Assembly: GCA_963677435.1 (NCBI GenBank) | Contig: OY781945.1 | Span: 1,792,001 to 1,856,000 of the forward strand | Reading direction: 5' to 3' | Length of the DNA: 64,000 bases | DNA from: an uncultured Aliarcobacter sp. | GTDB lineage: Bacteria > Campylobacterota > Campylobacteria > Campylobacterales > Arcobacteraceae | Part shown: in pieces, positions 47,674-57,386 of the stretch | Numbering within the stretch: the stretch's first letter is position 1 | Layout: the number at the start of each line of letters is the position of its first letter | The notes under the pieces: model-generated | The model's input: the letters and a program-made list of their open reading frames with translations, nothing else | Database searches by the model: none | Told to the model about the DNA's origin: nothing | Position numbers and translations under genes: made by a program

Positions 47674-48558
47674 TCATTTACAATTTTGTTTATTCTCAAT
47701 TGATTTAATAGAACAACCACCTTCTTCTTGAGAAGCAAATGTAGAATCTATTTGATTATTAAATAAATAATTAGTTGATTCAGGAATGATATCTATTTCT
47801 TTTACTAAGTTAAGATTATTTTTTTGATTAATTCTTTCAAGAATTTTTTTCTTACTTTTGATAATTTCTATTTCTCCATCATCATATTTTATTAATACTG
47901 GTATTTTTGTAATATTAAATGTACTTATTAGTTCTTTTGTTTGATTTATTTCTAATAAGGTAAATTGGAAATCGTGATTCTTTGCTTCTAATTTAATTTC
48001 TTTACAAGAACTACATGTTTCATCTTGAATCAAATAATATCCATTAGAGGGGAATAAATTTATATCTTTCGCTGAATAGTTATATTTAAATAGAGATGAA
48101 ACAACAATTATAGAAATTAATAAAGTAATAAAATATATATCTAACTTAGTACTATTTTGATATTTGTATAAGATATAACCAATAACAAATAATACATATA
48201 ATATAAAACAAGTAATACATAATTCTTTTGTCATAAAATATTGGTTAGATAGCATAAGGGTATGAGAAGTGATAACTATTTTATAAATAATTTCATAGTA
48301 ATCTAAATATTTTCTTTGCCCATCTTTATTATATACATAAATAAGAATCAAAAGAGAGATAGGAATTATTATTGATATAATATATAATTCTAAAGCACTT
48401 ATTTTTAATATCTCATTGGCAATATTACAGCCTTCTAATTTGCAAATTTCTAAATCAAAATATTTACCTATTATATTAAATAGTATGTAAGATAAAGTGA
48501 TTAATGGAAATATTAATAATTTCTTTTCATTTTTCATTTTTTTAACTGTTCTTTTCAT
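47674..48558 (-). CDS. Membrane protein with VKOR-like N terminus and thioredoxin-like C terminus (likely start 48537)
   Basis: CKLEGC loop cysteines, CITC before a TM helix, then CSSC and IPVL. Confidence 0.6.
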   Translation of the reverse strand: MKRTVKKMKNEKKLLIFPLITLSYILFNIIGKYFDLEICKLEGCNIANEILKISALELYIISIIIPISLLILIYVYNKDGQRKYLDYYEIIYKIVITSHTLMLSNQYFMTKELCITCFILYVLFVIGYILYKYQNSTKLDIYFITLLISIIVVSSLFKYNYSAKDINLFPSNGYYLIQDETCSSCKEIKLEAKNHDFQFTLLEINQTKELISTFNITKIPVLIKYDDGEIEIIKSKKKILERINQKNNLNLVKEIDIIPESTNYLFNNQIDSTFASQEEGGCSIKSIENKQNCK

Positions 48559-50650
48559 TTTCTTTAAGATGGTCTTTTATAGTTCCTAAAATTCTCATAG
48601 AATTGAAAATAGCAAGTAAAGCCACACCAACATCTGCAAAAATTGCTTCTTTCATACCAATGATTGCCCCTGCACCAAGAGCTAAAAAACCAACTTTAAC
48701 AAGCATAATAAATACAATATTTTGATAAACAATTGTTTTAGTTTTTTTAGCGATTTTTATAGCATCAACAATAGATTGTATATTATCATTCAAAAGAATA
48801 ATATCAGCAGATTTTACTGCTAAATCACTTCCCATTCCACCCATTGCAAAACTAACATCAGCATTTGCCAAAGTAGGAGCATCATTGATTCCATCACCTA
48901 CAAATGCAGTTACTTGATTAGTCTCTTTTTTTATTTGTTCAAAATAAGTTAATTTCTCTTGTGGTAAAAGTTCATATTTTATTACATCAATTCCTAATGT
49001 ATTACCCACCTCTAAAGCAACCTCTTTTTTATCTCCTGTTAACATATAAGTTTTAGAAATATCTAGTTTTTTAAGTTCAGAAATAACATCTTTTGCTTCA
49101 ATTTTAATAATATCATTTACCACAATATATCCAGCAAATTTACTATCAACAGCTATAAAAATAGCACTTAATTTTTCTTCTATATCATCAATTTGTACAT
49201 TAAACTTGGCAAGAAGTTTTTTATTTCCTATTAAAATTTCTTTATTATCAATAATTGCACTAATACCTAAGCCACTTAACTCTTCATGTTTTGTAATAAG
49301 TTTTGAATCAATTGGTTTACCAAATGCTTTTAGAATTGACTTTCCAATAGGATGAGTTGAAAAGCTTTCTGCATATGCAGCATATTTCAAAAGTTCATCT
49401 TTACTTAGGTCTTTACTTTGAATATCAGTAACTTCAAAAACTCCATAAGTTAAAGTTCCTGTTTTATCAAATACCATATTTTTAATTTCAGTTAATTTTT
49501 CAATATAATTTGCACCTTTTACTAATACACCTCTTTTTGAAATTGCTCCAATTGCACTAAAAAATGATAAAGGAACAGAAACTACAAGTGCGCAAGGACA
49601 TGAAATAACTAAAAATATAAGTGCTCTTTCAAACCAATCTTTAAATATTGCTCCATCAATCAATAATGGAGGTATTACTGCTAAAAAAACTGCAAGAATA
49701 ACTACAATAGGAGTATAAATTGCTGCAAATTTAGTTATAAATTTTTCAGCTTTTGCTTTTGTTGAAGATGCATTATTTATAAGTTCTATAATTTTTGCAA
49801 CAGTTGAGTCTTTATACAAAGAAGTTGCTTTTACATATGAAGCATTTGAAGTATTGATAAATCCACTTAAAATTTGTTCATTTTCATTTATTGTTTTAGG
49901 TTTAAATTCTCCAGTAATTGCACTTGTATCAAATGAACAACTTTTTGAGATAAGAACACCATCAACTGGAACTTTTTCTCCAACTTTAATTAGAATAATA
50001 TCATCTAGTTTTACATCTTCAGGTGCTTTTTGAACAATACTTTCACCCTCTTTAACATTTGCAAATTCAGGTTTAATATCAAGTAATGCATTAATATTAT
50101 CTCTTGAATTATTAACAGCAACTGCTTGAAACATTTCACCTATTTGGTAAAATATCATAACAGATATACCTTCAACAAAATCATTTAAAGAAAATGCCCC
50201 AATGGTTGCGATACTCATTAAAAAGTGTTCATCAAAAACTTTCCCATGAATTAAGTTTTTGATAGCTTTATATACAACATCCCAACCAACTAAAAGATAA
50301 GCTACTAAATATAAAGCAATTTGGAATTCTTTATTAGTTACATAGTTGTAAGAGATGTAAGTTAAAGTAATAGAAACAATAGTGATTAATAAAAGTTTTT
50401 TATTTAAAAGTTGCCAAAAAGTTTTTTGTATTCTTTCTTCATCTTTTACAATAATTACATCTTTCTCAATTTTTTGAATCTCTTTTTCGATTTTTTCTAA
50501 TACATCATGTTTTACATTTTTCTCAAAACTCAAAGTAGCAGTTGAGAAATTTAGACTTACATTATTTAATTCTTCTAATTCATTTAATTTTTTTTCAATC
50601 TTTAAAGCACAATTTGCACAGTCAAGATTCTTAAGTTTTACACTTTTCAT
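48542..50650 (-). CDS. cadA: Cd/Zn/Pb P1B-2 ATPase
   Basis: LDCANC, FDEHFLM, SCPCALVVS, DKTGT, FADVG. Confidence 0.92.
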   Translation of the reverse strand: MKSVKLKNLDCANCALKIEKKLNELEELNNVSLNFSTATLSFEKNVKHDVLEKIEKEIQKIEKDVIIVKDEERIQKTFWQLLNKKLLLITIVSITLTYISYNYVTNKEFQIALYLVAYLLVGWDVVYKAIKNLIHGKVFDEHFLMSIATIGAFSLNDFVEGISVMIFYQIGEMFQAVAVNNSRDNINALLDIKPEFANVKEGESIVQKAPEDVKLDDIILIKVGEKVPVDGVLISKSCSFDTSAITGEFKPKTINENEQILSGFINTSNASYVKATSLYKDSTVAKIIELINNASSTKAKAEKFITKFAAIYTPIVVILAVFLAVIPPLLIDGAIFKDWFERALIFLVISCPCALVVSVPLSFFSAIGAISKRGVLVKGANYIEKLTEIKNMVFDKTGTLTYGVFEVTDIQSKDLSKDELLKYAAYAESFSTHPIGKSILKAFGKPIDSKLITKHEELSGLGISAIIDNKEILIGNKKLLAKFNVQIDDIEEKLSAIFIAVDSKFAGYIVVNDIIKIEAKDVISELKKLDISKTYMLTGDKKEVALEVGNTLGIDVIKYELLPQEKLTYFEQIKKETNQVTAFVGDGINDAPTLANADVSFAMGGMGSDLAVKSADIILLNDNIQSIVDAIKIAKKTKTIVYQNIVFIMLVKVGFLALGAGAIIGMKEAIFADVGVALLAIFNSMRILGTIKDHLKENEKNS

Positions 50651-50652
50651 AA

Positions 50653-50994
50653 TTATCCTTTAATGATATGCTCTAATCCCATATCATATATCTTTTTAAT
50701 ATGTTCATCATCTAATGAATAAAATATTTGTTTACCAACTCTTTTTGGTTTTACAATTTTTGAATTCTTTAAAACTCTTAGTTGATGCGATACCGCTGAT
50801 TGACTTACATTTATGAGTTCACTAATTGCTCCAACACATAATTCTTCTTCTTTTAATACAGCAATTATTTTTATTCTTGTTGTATCTGCAAAAGCTTTAA
50901 AAAGCTCTGCAACATCATATAAAGTTTCATCACAAACTAAAATACTTTTTATTTTTTCTACTTCTTTGGAGTGGTCACAACATTCTATAGACAT
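50653..50994 (-). CDS. ArsR/SmtB-family metal-sensing repressor (SmtB/CadC-like)
   Basis: N-terminal CC, ELCV, SQSAVSHQL, alpha5 DDEH...EH site. Confidence 0.92.
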   Translation of the reverse strand: MSIECCDHSKEVEKIKSILVCDETLYDVAELFKAFADTTRIKIIAVLKEEELCVGAISELINVSQSAVSHQLRVLKNSKIVKPKRVGKQIFYSLDDEHIKKIYDMGLEHIIKG

Positions 50995-51013
50995 AATTAC
51001 CCTTAATTACTTA

Positions 51014-51035
51014 TATATGAACATATAATCATATA
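51014..51035. promoter_or_regulatory. SmtB/CzrA-type operator
   Basis: TATATGAACATATAATCATATA imperfect palindrome just upstream of the repressor gene. Confidence 0.75.
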
Positions 51036-51148
51036 ATAAGATTTATTAAAATAAAATTGAAATAATTAATAGAATAATTTTCGATAAATATTTTATATTT
51101 AGTTATCATTTTCTTTTATATTTTAAATAATTAAAGGAAGATAATTTT

Positions 51149-54100
51149 ATGGCGAGAATTGAATATCTATCTGAGTTGGAAATAAAAAAGTTTGAAAAAG
51201 CCCCAGAGTTTGAGAATAATATAGAAAGAAACTATTATTTTACACTACCTAGTTCAATTCATAAACAAGCTCTTACTTTTGGAAACGATCAATCATTTAT
51301 ATTTTTCACATTAATCTTTGGCTATTTCAAAGCAACTAATATGTTTTTTGAATTAAATTCATTTTCATCAATTGATACAAAATTTATTAGTGATAAATAT
51401 CAATTATCTACTTTTGATCCAAAAACAATCTTTGCTTCACGAACTGTACAAAGATATAAACAACTTATAAAAGCTCATTTAGGAGTTAATGAATATAGTA
51501 ATGATATTGAATTAAAACTTCAAAATCATGCTATAGAATTAGCAAATAATTTCACCCATAGAAAGAAAATATTCTTTTCATTAGTAGATTATTCAAAAAA
51601 ATTAAATATTGAAATTCCAAGTCAGTTTACTTTATCAAAGATTATAGGAACTGCTCTTACTTTTCAAACTAAGCATATTTTATTATTGTTAAGAACTTAT
51701 CAAAAGGATAAAAGATTAAAAATTCTTGATGAGTTTGTAAATAAAGATGAGAATTTTAAAAATAGATATTATCTTTCAAATTATAGAAAACTTGGACATT
51801 CAACAAATAAAAGAGAGATGAATATTTCTCTTTTTTATCTTAAAAACATGAAATCAAAGTTTCATATTTTAAAACCTATTATTGATGAAATTGGTATAAC
51901 TTCAAAAATTTCCCAATACTATGCAAGATGGCTTGAACAAAGTAAAATCACACAATTAACACAAAAAGATTTATTGAATAACCATTTCTTACTTTTATCA
52001 TTTGTTAAATATCAATATTTCATTCGTAATGACAATATAATAGATAGATTTATCTCTATTATTCAAAGCGCTAAAAGTTCAATATTAAGACATCAAAAAG
52101 ATTTATATTTTGAAAATGAACCAAATAAAAAAGCTCTAATCAAATCATTAGAAAATTCAAATCTTTCAATTATAAATAATATGAGCAGCATCTTAAATGA
52201 TGAAACTTTTAATGATACTAATAAGGTAAAAGCAATGCATTCATTAGTTGAAATTGAAAAAATGAATTTAAAAAATATATTAGAACAAAAGTCAATTATT
52301 GAAGCAGAAAATTTAAATAGATTTGATTTTATAGAGACTATTTCTTTATCTTTGCAAGGTAAGCTTTCAGAAATTGCTAAACATATAGAATTTGATGAAA
52401 AATCATCAAATAAGAATCTTATTCAAGCCATAAATTATTTTAAAAATAATACTAATATTAATAAAAATGCACCTATAGATTTTTTAGATGAAGATGAACA
52501 AGAGGCTATTGTAGATGGTGATAAAATTAAAATATCTCTTTATAAAGCATTACTGTTTATTCATATAAGCGATGGAATAAAATCAGGAATATTAAATTTG
52601 AAATATTCTTATAAATATAAAAGTTTTGAAAGTTATTTGATTCCTAAAGAGGAATATAAAGAGCAAAAAGACGACCTATTAAAACGGTATGAAATAGAGC
52701 ATTTAAAAGAATTTTCAGATTTTCTTTTACCAATTAGTGAAAAACTTGAACTAAACTTTTCAATGACAAATAGAAAAATTGAGAATGAACTTAATATTCA
52801 TTTTAAAATAACAAATAATTCCTTTTCTCTTACTACCCCAAAATTAGAAAAAAGTGAAGAACAAATAGAGCATACTATTTCTAAATATTTTCCACAAAGT
52901 GAATTTATTTCAGTAATTGACTTGCTTCATTCAGTTCAAATAAAAACTGATTTTTTAGAATCATTTAAACATTATTCAATACAAAATGTAAGAACTCAAA
53001 AATTAGACTCTAATCTTTTATTTGCTTCAATAGTTGGTTATGGTTGTAATATATCTTTATCTAAAATGGCAAAGATTTCAAAGGGAATTAGTGAAAATCA
53101 ATTAGACAATGCAACAACTTGGTATTTAAGTGAAGAAAATACAATAGAATCAAATGATAAGATAGTTGCATTTATTGATTCTCTTGAACTTCCTAAGATT
53201 CTTAAAAATGATTCTAATATTAATCATACTTCAAGTGATGGACAAAAATTTAATATTAAATCTTCAATAGATTCAACTAATGCAGGTTTTTCATTTAAAT
53301 ATTTTGGAACAGCAAAAGGGGTAAGTGTTTATACATTCATTGATGAAAGTCATAAGCTCTTTTATTCTACAGTCATCAATGTTAGTGAAAGAGAAAGTGG
53401 TTATGTTATAGATGGATTAATGCACAATGATGTTGTAAAAAGTGATATACATAGTACTGATACACATGGATTTAGTGAAGTAATATTTGGACTAACACAT
53501 TTATTAGGTTTTTCATTTGCTCCAAGAATAAAAAACTTTAAAGACCAACAACTTTATGGAATAAATTCTCCAAAATATTATCAGGAATTAGGTTATCAAG
53601 TCTTACCAAAAAGAAAGATCAATATAGAAATTATAGAAGAAAATTGGGATGATATTTTAAGATTTATACTTACAATTAAATCAAGAAGAACAACTGCTTC
53701 ACAACTTTTAAAAAGACTTACTTCTTATTCAAAACACCATAAACTTTTTACAGCAATTAAAGAGTTTGGTAAAATTATAAAGACCGATTTTTTACTTACA
53801 TATATTGATGATGTTGGTCTTCGTCAACGAATTGAAAAACAACTAAATAAAGTTGAATCTGCTAATAGATTTTCAAAAGCAGTATTTTTTGGAAATAATG
53901 CAGAATTTATATTTGCTACACAAGAAGAACAAAATATAGCGAATAACTGTAAAAGACTTATACAAAATGCTGTAATACTTTGGAATTATCTTTACATTGA
54001 CAAAAAACTTCAAGAAGCAAAATCACAATCACAGAAAGATGAAATAATAGAAGCTATAAAAAATAGTTCTATAGTTCACTGGAGTCATATTAATTTTTAT

Positions 54101-54196
54101 GGAACATATGATTTTACAAAAATTGATAAAAAAGTAAATGACATGATAAGTTGGGTACTTCTGCATAAAGGTACTAAATGGTGCCAAGTCCTTTAA
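51149..54196 (+). CDS. tnpA: Tn3-family transposase; last ~14 codons come from an inserted terminal repeat
   Basis: 1015 aa; SSDGQKF, STDTHG, FAPRIK, LNKVESAN, HINFYGTYDF. Confidence 0.93.
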   Translation: MARIEYLSELEIKKFEKAPEFENNIERNYYFTLPSSIHKQALTFGNDQSFIFFTLIFGYFKATNMFFELNSFSSIDTKFISDKYQLSTFDPKTIFASRTVQRYKQLIKAHLGVNEYSNDIELKLQNHAIELANNFTHRKKIFFSLVDYSKKLNIEIPSQFTLSKIIGTALTFQTKHILLLLRTYQKDKRLKILDEFVNKDENFKNRYYLSNYRKLGHSTNKREMNISLFYLKNMKSKFHILKPIIDEIGITSKISQYYARWLEQSKITQLTQKDLLNNHFLLLSFVKYQYFIRNDNIIDRFISIIQSAKSSILRHQKDLYFENEPNKKALIKSLENSNLSIINNMSSILNDETFNDTNKVKAMHSLVEIEKMNLKNILEQKSIIEAENLNRFDFIETISLSLQGKLSEIAKHIEFDEKSSNKNLIQAINYFKNNTNINKNAPIDFLDEDEQEAIVDGDKIKISLYKALLFIHISDGIKSGILNLKYSYKYKSFESYLIPKEEYKEQKDDLLKRYEIEHLKEFSDFLLPISEKLELNFSMTNRKIENELNIHFKITNNSFSLTTPKLEKSEEQIEHTISKYFPQSEFISVIDLLHSVQIKTDFLESFKHYSIQNVRTQKLDSNLLFASIVGYGCNISLSKMAKISKGISENQLDNATTWYLSEENTIESNDKIVAFIDSLELPKILKNDSNINHTSSDGQKFNIKSSIDSTNAGFSFKYFGTAKGVSVYTFIDESHKLFYSTVINVSERESGYVIDGLMHNDVVKSDIHSTDTHGFSEVIFGLTHLLGFSFAPRIKNFKDQQLYGINSPKYYQELGYQVLPKRKINIEIIEENWDDILRFILTIKSRRTTASQLLKRLTSYSKHHKLFTAIKEFGKIIKTDFLLTYIDDVGLRQRIEKQLNKVESANRFSKAVFFGNNAEFIFATQEEQNIANNCKRLIQNAVILWNYLYIDKKLQEAKSQSQKDEIIEAIKNSSIVHWSHINFYGTYDFTKIDKKVNDMISWVLLHKGTKWCQVL

Positions 54197-54207
54197 ACAA
54201 AGCTTAA
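54153..54207 (+). repeat. Terminal repeat IR3, left end of the arsenic block
   Basis: GGGTACTTCTGCATAAAGGTACTAAATGGTGCCAAGTCCTTTAAACAAAGCTTAA; shares CATAAAGGTAC core and AGCTTAA end with IR1/IR2. Confidence 0.8.
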
Positions 54208-54368
54208 AGTTTTTAGGATTTTATATTTTAATATATTTAATTTTATAAAGAAAGTAGGGAATATCTGTTAAATATAGTTTAAATTTGAATAGAAATAAAA
54301 ATCTTTATATGTGCACGAATATCCTTTTATTTATTTTTGAATAATTTAATTATAGTATTAATAAATAC

Positions 54369-54384
54369 ATCAAGACATCTTGAT
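54369..54384. promoter_or_regulatory. Putative ArsR operator 1
   Basis: ATCAAGA-CA-TCTTGAT upstream of arsR. Confidence 0.75.
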
Positions 54385-54435
54385 ATATTTATTTAGTTAT
54401 GCTATTATTTCTTAACAAAAGAGTTAGAGGTAATC

Positions 54436-54744
54436 ATGGATATTTTTTTAAAAACAGTTTCAGCATTAAACGATGAAACAAGAGTTAGGATAATCAAATT
54501 CTTAAATACTCATAGTGAATGTTGCGTTTGTGATTTAGAAACTTCTTTTGATATGATTCAATCAAGATTATCAAGACATTTAAAAATTCTGAAAGAAGCA
54601 GGATTTTTAAAAGTAGAAAGAACTGGAAGATGGGCTTATTATTCAATAAGAACTCCACTTGATGAATTTAGACAAGGTGCTATAAAAGAAATTATGACAC
54701 TTGACATAGATTTACCAGAATTAAAAAAGTCTTGTCAGAGTTGA
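54436..54744 (+). CDS. arsR: Arsenic-responsive repressor
   Basis: ECCVCDL alpha3 motif, QSRLSRHL. Confidence 0.92.
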   Translation: MDIFLKTVSALNDETRVRIIKFLNTHSECCVCDLETSFDMIQSRLSRHLKILKEAGFLKVERTGRWAYYSIRTPLDEFRQGAIKEIMTLDIDLPELKKSCQS

Positions 54745-54763
54745 TTTTTTTAAACTAAATTAT

Positions 54764-54779
54764 ATCAATAAATCTTGAT
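54764..54779. promoter_or_regulatory. Putative ArsR operator 2
   Basis: ATCAATA-AA-TCTTGAT upstream of arsB. Confidence 0.7.
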
Positions 54780-54803
54780 ATATGTATATAATAAAGGATA
54801 AGA

Positions 54804-56057
54804 ATGTTAATTGCTAGTGCAATATTTTTAATTACACTTATATTTGTAATATGGCAGCCAAAAGGCTTACAAATAGGAACTACAGCAGTTATTGGAGCAA
54901 TAGTTGCTTTAGTTTTAGGTGTAGTAAGTTTAGATGATGTATTGGTAGTAACTAATATAGTATGGGATGCTACTTTAGCTTTTATCGGAATAATCATTTT
55001 ATCAATGGTGCTTGATGAAATTGGATTTTTTGAATGGTGTGCTATAAAAATGGCAAAACTTTCAAAGGGTAATGGACATTTGATGTTTGTTTATGCATTA
55101 ATTCTTGGAAGTTTTGTATCAGCTTTATTTGCAAATGATGGAGCAGCTTTAATTTTAACGCCAATTTTATTAGCAAAAATGAGAATATTAAAACTTGATG
55201 CAAAAACAATTTTGGCTTTTTTACTTGCAGGTGGATTTATAAGTGATAGTGCATCTTTACCTTTTGTATTCTCAAATTTAACAAATATAGTAACTGCTAA
55301 CTATTTTAATATTGGATTCTTGGAATATTTATCAAATATGATTATTCCTTATGTTGTAAGTACAATTGTTTCTATTATTGTTTTATGGTTAATTTTAAGA
55401 AATGATATTCCAAAATATGTTGATATATCTCTATTAAAGAATCCAGATGATGTCTTAAAAAGTAAAGCTTTATTCAAATTTTCTTGGATATTTTTAGCTC
55501 TTCTATTAGCTGGATATTTTATAGGCGATAATTATCATTTACCAGTTTCAGTATTTGCTTTAGGTGGAGGATTAATATTCTTAATTATTGCAAGTGTTTC
55601 AAAAAATGCAAATGCAAAAGAGATTATTAAAACAGCTCCTTGGCAAGTTGTTTGGTTTAGTATAGGTCTTTATATAGTTGTATATGGTTTAAAAAATGCT
55701 GGACTTACAGACTACTTAACAATAATTTTAAAAGATTTAGCTTCAAGAGGTGATGCAATTGCAATTATTGGTACAGGATTTATTGCAGCTTTCTTAAGTG
55801 CAATAATGAATAATATGCCAACAATTATGGTGATGGATATAGCTTTACAAGATATACCAAATCAAGCTTTAGCTTATGCAAATATTATTGGATGTAATCT
55901 TGGACCAAAAATGACACCATTTGGTAGTTTAGCTACTTTATTATGGCTTCATGTTTTATCACAAAAAGGTGTAAAAATAGGTTTCTGGCAATACAGTAAA
56001 TTTGGTTTAATTGTAACACCTCCTGTATTATTTATAGTATTACTTACACTAATATAA
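54804..56057 (+). CDS. arsB: Arsenite efflux pump
   Basis: WQPKGL, FANDGAALILTP, APWQVVWFS, NNMPT, GSLATLLW. Confidence 0.95.
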   Translation: MLIASAIFLITLIFVIWQPKGLQIGTTAVIGAIVALVLGVVSLDDVLVVTNIVWDATLAFIGIIILSMVLDEIGFFEWCAIKMAKLSKGNGHLMFVYALILGSFVSALFANDGAALILTPILLAKMRILKLDAKTILAFLLAGGFISDSASLPFVFSNLTNIVTANYFNIGFLEYLSNMIIPYVVSTIVSIIVLWLILRNDIPKYVDISLLKNPDDVLKSKALFKFSWIFLALLLAGYFIGDNYHLPVSVFALGGGLIFLIIASVSKNANAKEIIKTAPWQVVWFSIGLYIVVYGLKNAGLTDYLTIILKDLASRGDAIAIIGTGFIAAFLSAIMNNMPTIMVMDIALQDIPNQALAYANIIGCNLGPKMTPFGSLATLLWLHVLSQKGVKIGFWQYSKFGLIVTPPVLFIVLLTLI

Positions 56058-56068
56058 AAAGGATATTT

Positions 56069-56542
56069 ATGTCTAAAAAAGTTTTATTTGTTTGTATTCA
56101 TAATAGTGCTAGAAGTCAAATAGAAGAAGCATTATTAAAAAAATATGGTGAAGATTTATTTGAAGTTGAAAGTGCAGGTTTTGAACCATCATCTATTAAT
56201 CCATTAGTAATAGAAATATTACTAAGAGAAGAGAATATTGATATTTCAAATAATACTTCTGATGCAGTATTTGATTTATTTAAACAGGGTAAAAATTTTA
56301 ATTTTGTTATTGCTGTGTGTGATGAAGGAAATGCTCAAAGATGTCCAATATTTCCAGGACTTAATTATAGATTACATTAGAGTTTTCCAGATCCTAGTTT
56401 AGTTCGAGGAGATAAAATAGAAAAGTATCATAAAGTAAAAGATATATATCACTTAATAAAAGAAGAGGTTCTTAAATTTATAGAACTTGTAAAAGAAGAA
56501 AAGCTAAAAGATAATTTTCCAAATAATTGGAGAGTTGGTTGA
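56069..56542 (+). pseudogene. LMW-PTP/ArsC-like gene with premature TAG at 56378-56380
   Basis: CIHNSARSQ P-loop; frame continues past the stop as RLH*SFPDPS... to TGA at 56542. Confidence 0.85.
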
Positions 56543-56571
56543 AAAATTTAATTTAATAAAAAGGATAAAAA

Positions 56572-56973
56572 ATGAGTAAAAAAGTTTTAATTTTATGTAC
56601 AGGAAATTCTTGTAGAAGTATTATTGCAGAAGCTTTAATAAACGCTAAATTAGAAGGAATTAGTGCAGATTCAAGTGGTGTGAAAGCAAGTGGAAGAGTA
56701 AATCCAAATGCTAAAAAGCTTTTGGAAGACAAAGGAATTTGGAAAGAAGAGTACCATTCAAAAACAATTGATACAGTAATTGATAATGCTTATGATTTAA
56801 TAGTAACTGTTTGTGACCATGCAAATGAAACTTGTCCAATGTTTCCAAAAGCTGTTAAAGTTATTCATGTAGGATTTGAAGATCCAGATGGAAAAGGTTT
56901 TGAAGCTTTTGAAGCTACATATAAAGAAATAGAAGAAGTTTTACTTCCAAAAGTTGTTGAAGCTTTAAAATAA
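56572..56973 (+). CDS. arsC: Thioredoxin-coupled arsenate reductase
   Basis: CTGNSCRS, TVCDHANETCP, FEDP. Confidence 0.93.
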   Translation: MSKKVLILCTGNSCRSIIAEALINAKLEGISADSSGVKASGRVNPNAKKLLEDKGIWKEEYHSKTIDTVIDNAYDLIVTVCDHANETCPMFPKAVKVIHVGFEDPDGKGFEAFEATYKEIEEVLLPKVVEALK

Positions 56974-56975
56974 TT

Positions 56976-57000
56976 TTATAAGAGGGGTTACCTCTTATAA
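56976..57000 (+). terminator. Hairpin after arsC
   Basis: TTATAAGAGG-GGTTA-CCTCTTATAA. Confidence 0.6.
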
Positions 57001-57061
57001 ATTTTTATTATATATGTTTTAAAATGTAAGATATTTATAATAAAAATTAAAAGGAAAGAGT

Positions 57062-57385
57062 ATGAAAACTTTAAAAATATATGACCCTGCAATGTGCTGT
57101 CCAACAGGAGTTTGTGGAACAAGTGTAGATACAAAATTAGTACAATTATCAAATTTCTTAAACTCTTTAGATAAAACTATATTTGAAGTAAAAAGATTTG
57201 GATTAAGTACAAATCCACAAGAGTATGTATTAAATAGTGAAGTAACAAGACTTTTAAATGAAGAAGGTGTTGAGTGTTTACCTTTGATTTTTTTAGATGA
57301 TGAATTGTTATTTAAAAAAGATTATCCAAGTGTTCCACAACTTAGTTCTAAAATGGGCTTAGGCTCTTTTGTAGCAAAGTTTTAA
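57062..57385 (+). CDS. arsD: Arsenite metallochaperone
   Basis: YDPAMCCPTGVCG. Confidence 0.95.
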   Translation: MKTLKIYDPAMCCPTGVCGTSVDTKLVQLSNFLNSLDKTIFEVKRFGLSTNPQEYVLNSEVTRLLNEEGVECLPLIFLDDELLFKKDYPSVPQLSSKMGLGSFVAKF

Positions 57386-57386
57386 T

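Noticed and set aside
47138..54207. Reading IR2 and IR3 as the two ends of a cad-tnpA transposon
   Set aside because: Their GG ends point into this block; the gene break at 23775/23776 indicates GG is the outer terminus, so they belong to the neighbouring blocks.
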